From NCBI RefSeq assembly GCF_963921235.1, contig NC_086129.1, positions 6,572,001 through 6,618,564 on the forward strand: DNA of 46,564 nt. Reading direction: 5' to 3'. Below are positions 44,385 to 46,564 of this stretch, piece after piece. Within the stretch, counting starts at the first letter, position 1; each line of letters starts with the position of its first letter. Under the pieces are notes generated by a model. The model was not told where the DNA came from. It searched no databases and saw only the letters and a program-made list of their open reading frames with translations. A program made the translations under genes and the position numbers. This DNA comes from Mobula hypostoma (taxonomy: Eukaryota).

Positions 44385-45270
44385 GACAACATAAGAAATA
44401 GGAGCAGAAATAGGCTATCTGACCCGTCGAGCCTGCTCTGCCATTCAATATGATCATGGCTGAGCTGGCCACGGACTCATCTCCGCCTTCCTGCCTTTCC
44501 CCCACAACTCTTAATTCCCCCAATAAGCAAGCGTCTATTCAAACTTGCCGTAATCATATTTACTGATGTAACCTCCACTGCTAATTGGACAGATAATTCC
44601 ACAGATTCATCACTCTCTGGGAAAAGAAGTTCCTTCTCATCTCCATCCTAAATATACGGCCCCGAATCTTGAGGCTATGTAGTACTCCAAGTGTGGTCTG
44701 ACCAGAATCAGATATAGTTGTAACATTACCTCTCAGCTCTTAAACTCAATCCCACGGTTGATGAATGTCAATGCACCGCATGCCTTCTTAACCACACAGT
44801 CAACCTGCGCAGCGACTTTGAGTGTTCTACGGACTTAGACCCCAAGATCCCTCTGATCGTTCACACTGCCAGCAGTCTTACCATTAATAGTATAGTCTGC
44901 CATCATATTTGACCTTCCAAAATGATGGTATCTGGGTTGAACAACATTTACCTGGGTTGAAATCCATCTGCCACCTCTCAGCCCAGTTTTGTATCCCGTC
45001 GATGTCCTGCTGTAACCTTTGACAGCCAGTCAGACTCTCCAGAAAACCCACATCCTTTGTGTCATCAGCAAATTTAATAGCCCATCCCTCCACTTCCTCA
45101 TTTCATGTAATTTATACAAATCACGAAGAGAAGGGCTCCCAGAGAAGATCCCTGAAACACACCACTGGTCACCGACCTATATGCAAAACATGACCCGTCT
45201 ACAAACACTCTTTGACTTTTCTGTGCGAGACAATTCTGGATCCACAAAGCAAGGTCGCCTTGGATTCGCG
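44385..45270 (-). mobile_element. CR1 fragments (3' tail fused to an RT segment)
   Basis: Tail aacataagaaataggagcag; KFADDTK..LQQDIDGIQNWAERWQMDFNPGKC. Confidence 0.82.
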
Positions 45271-46564
45271 TGTTTCTGGGTCCCTTTGGGTGTTGGATGT
45301 GCGTCGTCATATCGATTTGGGGATGCGTGCACATCTCGGGAGGTGTCGGCAAACCTGGGGTTCGATGGCTCAAGGGTTTGCACATGGATTTAGAGGCGCG
45401 CACAGATTTGAGAGAGCTGCTAAATTTGGAGCTGCACACAGATTTCGAGCTGTCAGTGAAGTTGGGTGTTCCATGTAAGTACAGAGGTTTTTTTGGTGTA
45501 CCCACCGATCTGCGGGTGGACACAATTCTGCGTGTATTGGTCGATTTGTGGCTGCACTTGGATTTGGGGGGTCCTTAACTTTGAATTTAGCCTTGCATTT
45601 TAAGGGACTGCGCATGGATTTGGGGATGTGCACTGATTTAGGAAGGGTCGAAGAATATGGGGTTACTTACGGAGTTGAGGACGTGAGAGATTTTGGTGTG
45701 TCGACAGATTTAGGATGTCATTGAACTGTTTTTCTTCCTAATGTTTTCGGGTAGGAGCATTTATTTTGTAACCTGTTTGAAATTATTCTTCCTCTGGGTA
45801 CTGATGTGCATGTGTGGGAGTCATCGGTTTTAGGTTGCGCACGGAACTGGGGTTCACACTGATGTGGGATCATGCACTGATGTGGGATGTGCACACGGAT
45901 TTGGCGGTCCATACTGATTTGGGGATGCGCTCTGATGTAGGCGGATGTTAAGAATATACCGATCAACATGAATTTAGCGGTGCATGCAGATTTGGTGAAG
46001 TTTACGAGTATTTGGGGGTACAGATTAATTTGTTGATGCCAGCCGATTTGGAGTGTCCGTGGATTTGGGGATGCACACGGATCTCGGGATTTGGGGGTTC
46101 TGGCAAACTGAAGGCTGCACACACATTTCGTATTGCCGGCGGACTTGGAGATGCGCACCGAGTTGGGGTTTGTCAGATTTGGTGCGACGTTTTGTGGTGT
46201 CTGTTAATTTGGGGGTGCACACAGATTTGGGGATCTTCGTAAATTTAGGAGTTTATCGGCGAATATGGTGTGCATATGGAATTTGGGATGCGAAAGGATT
46301 TGGTATAATCCAATGTGTATGTGGGGGTGCCTGCTGATTTGGGGCAGTGACGAATATCAAGGTTCTTTCATTCGTATAATCATTAGCAATAAATGCAGTT
46401 TGAATTTTGACGTTTGTTGATATTTCATGGTTCAGGCAGTCATTATGTGAAGTGTTTGAAGTCACTGTTACTTGGAGAATCAAATTTGAATGGGGGGGTT
46501 GCAGAGTTTTAGCGGTACGCACAGATTGCGGTGCACAAGATTTGAAAGTGCGTGAAAGCACACA
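45270..46564. repeat. Highly degenerate short-period (~20 bp) G/T-rich satellite
   Basis: Recurring (GC)ACACAGATTTGGGG(A/G)TG variants throughout; begins abruptly at the CR1 break. Confidence 0.7.

Overview
Repeat-dense vertebrate genomic DNA. Repeat families and gene style suggest a cartilaginous fish, probably a ray (inference). Host genes: (i) the first three coding exons of a minus-strand RING/B-box/coiled-coil TRIM gene (4595->1199, continuing off-window); (ii) a plus-strand KRAB-less C2H2 zinc-finger array (26439-27752) with an NRF1-motif CpG promoter near 22.8-23.1 kb; (iii) two convergent zinc-finger pseudogene remnants (15.0-15.75 kb); (iv) a chain of 2-4 minus-strand exons of an unrecognised gene (44276->41320). 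The rest is nested retroelements: many CR1 LINEs (some with SGNH-esterase ORF1), two Rex1/Babar LINEs, a Tx1 fragment, V-SINE-like SINEs, Penelope-like (GIY-YIG) elements, a decayed PNMA-gag Gypsy element with mismatched LTRs, three solo LTRs with target-site duplications and several minisatellites. The most notable non-ORF signal is a minimal type I hammerhead ribozyme motif in the Penelope terminal repeats, present intact in both arms of a 1.5-kb fold-back insertion inside TRIM intron 1. TE boundaries are approximate unless a TSD or terminus is quoted.
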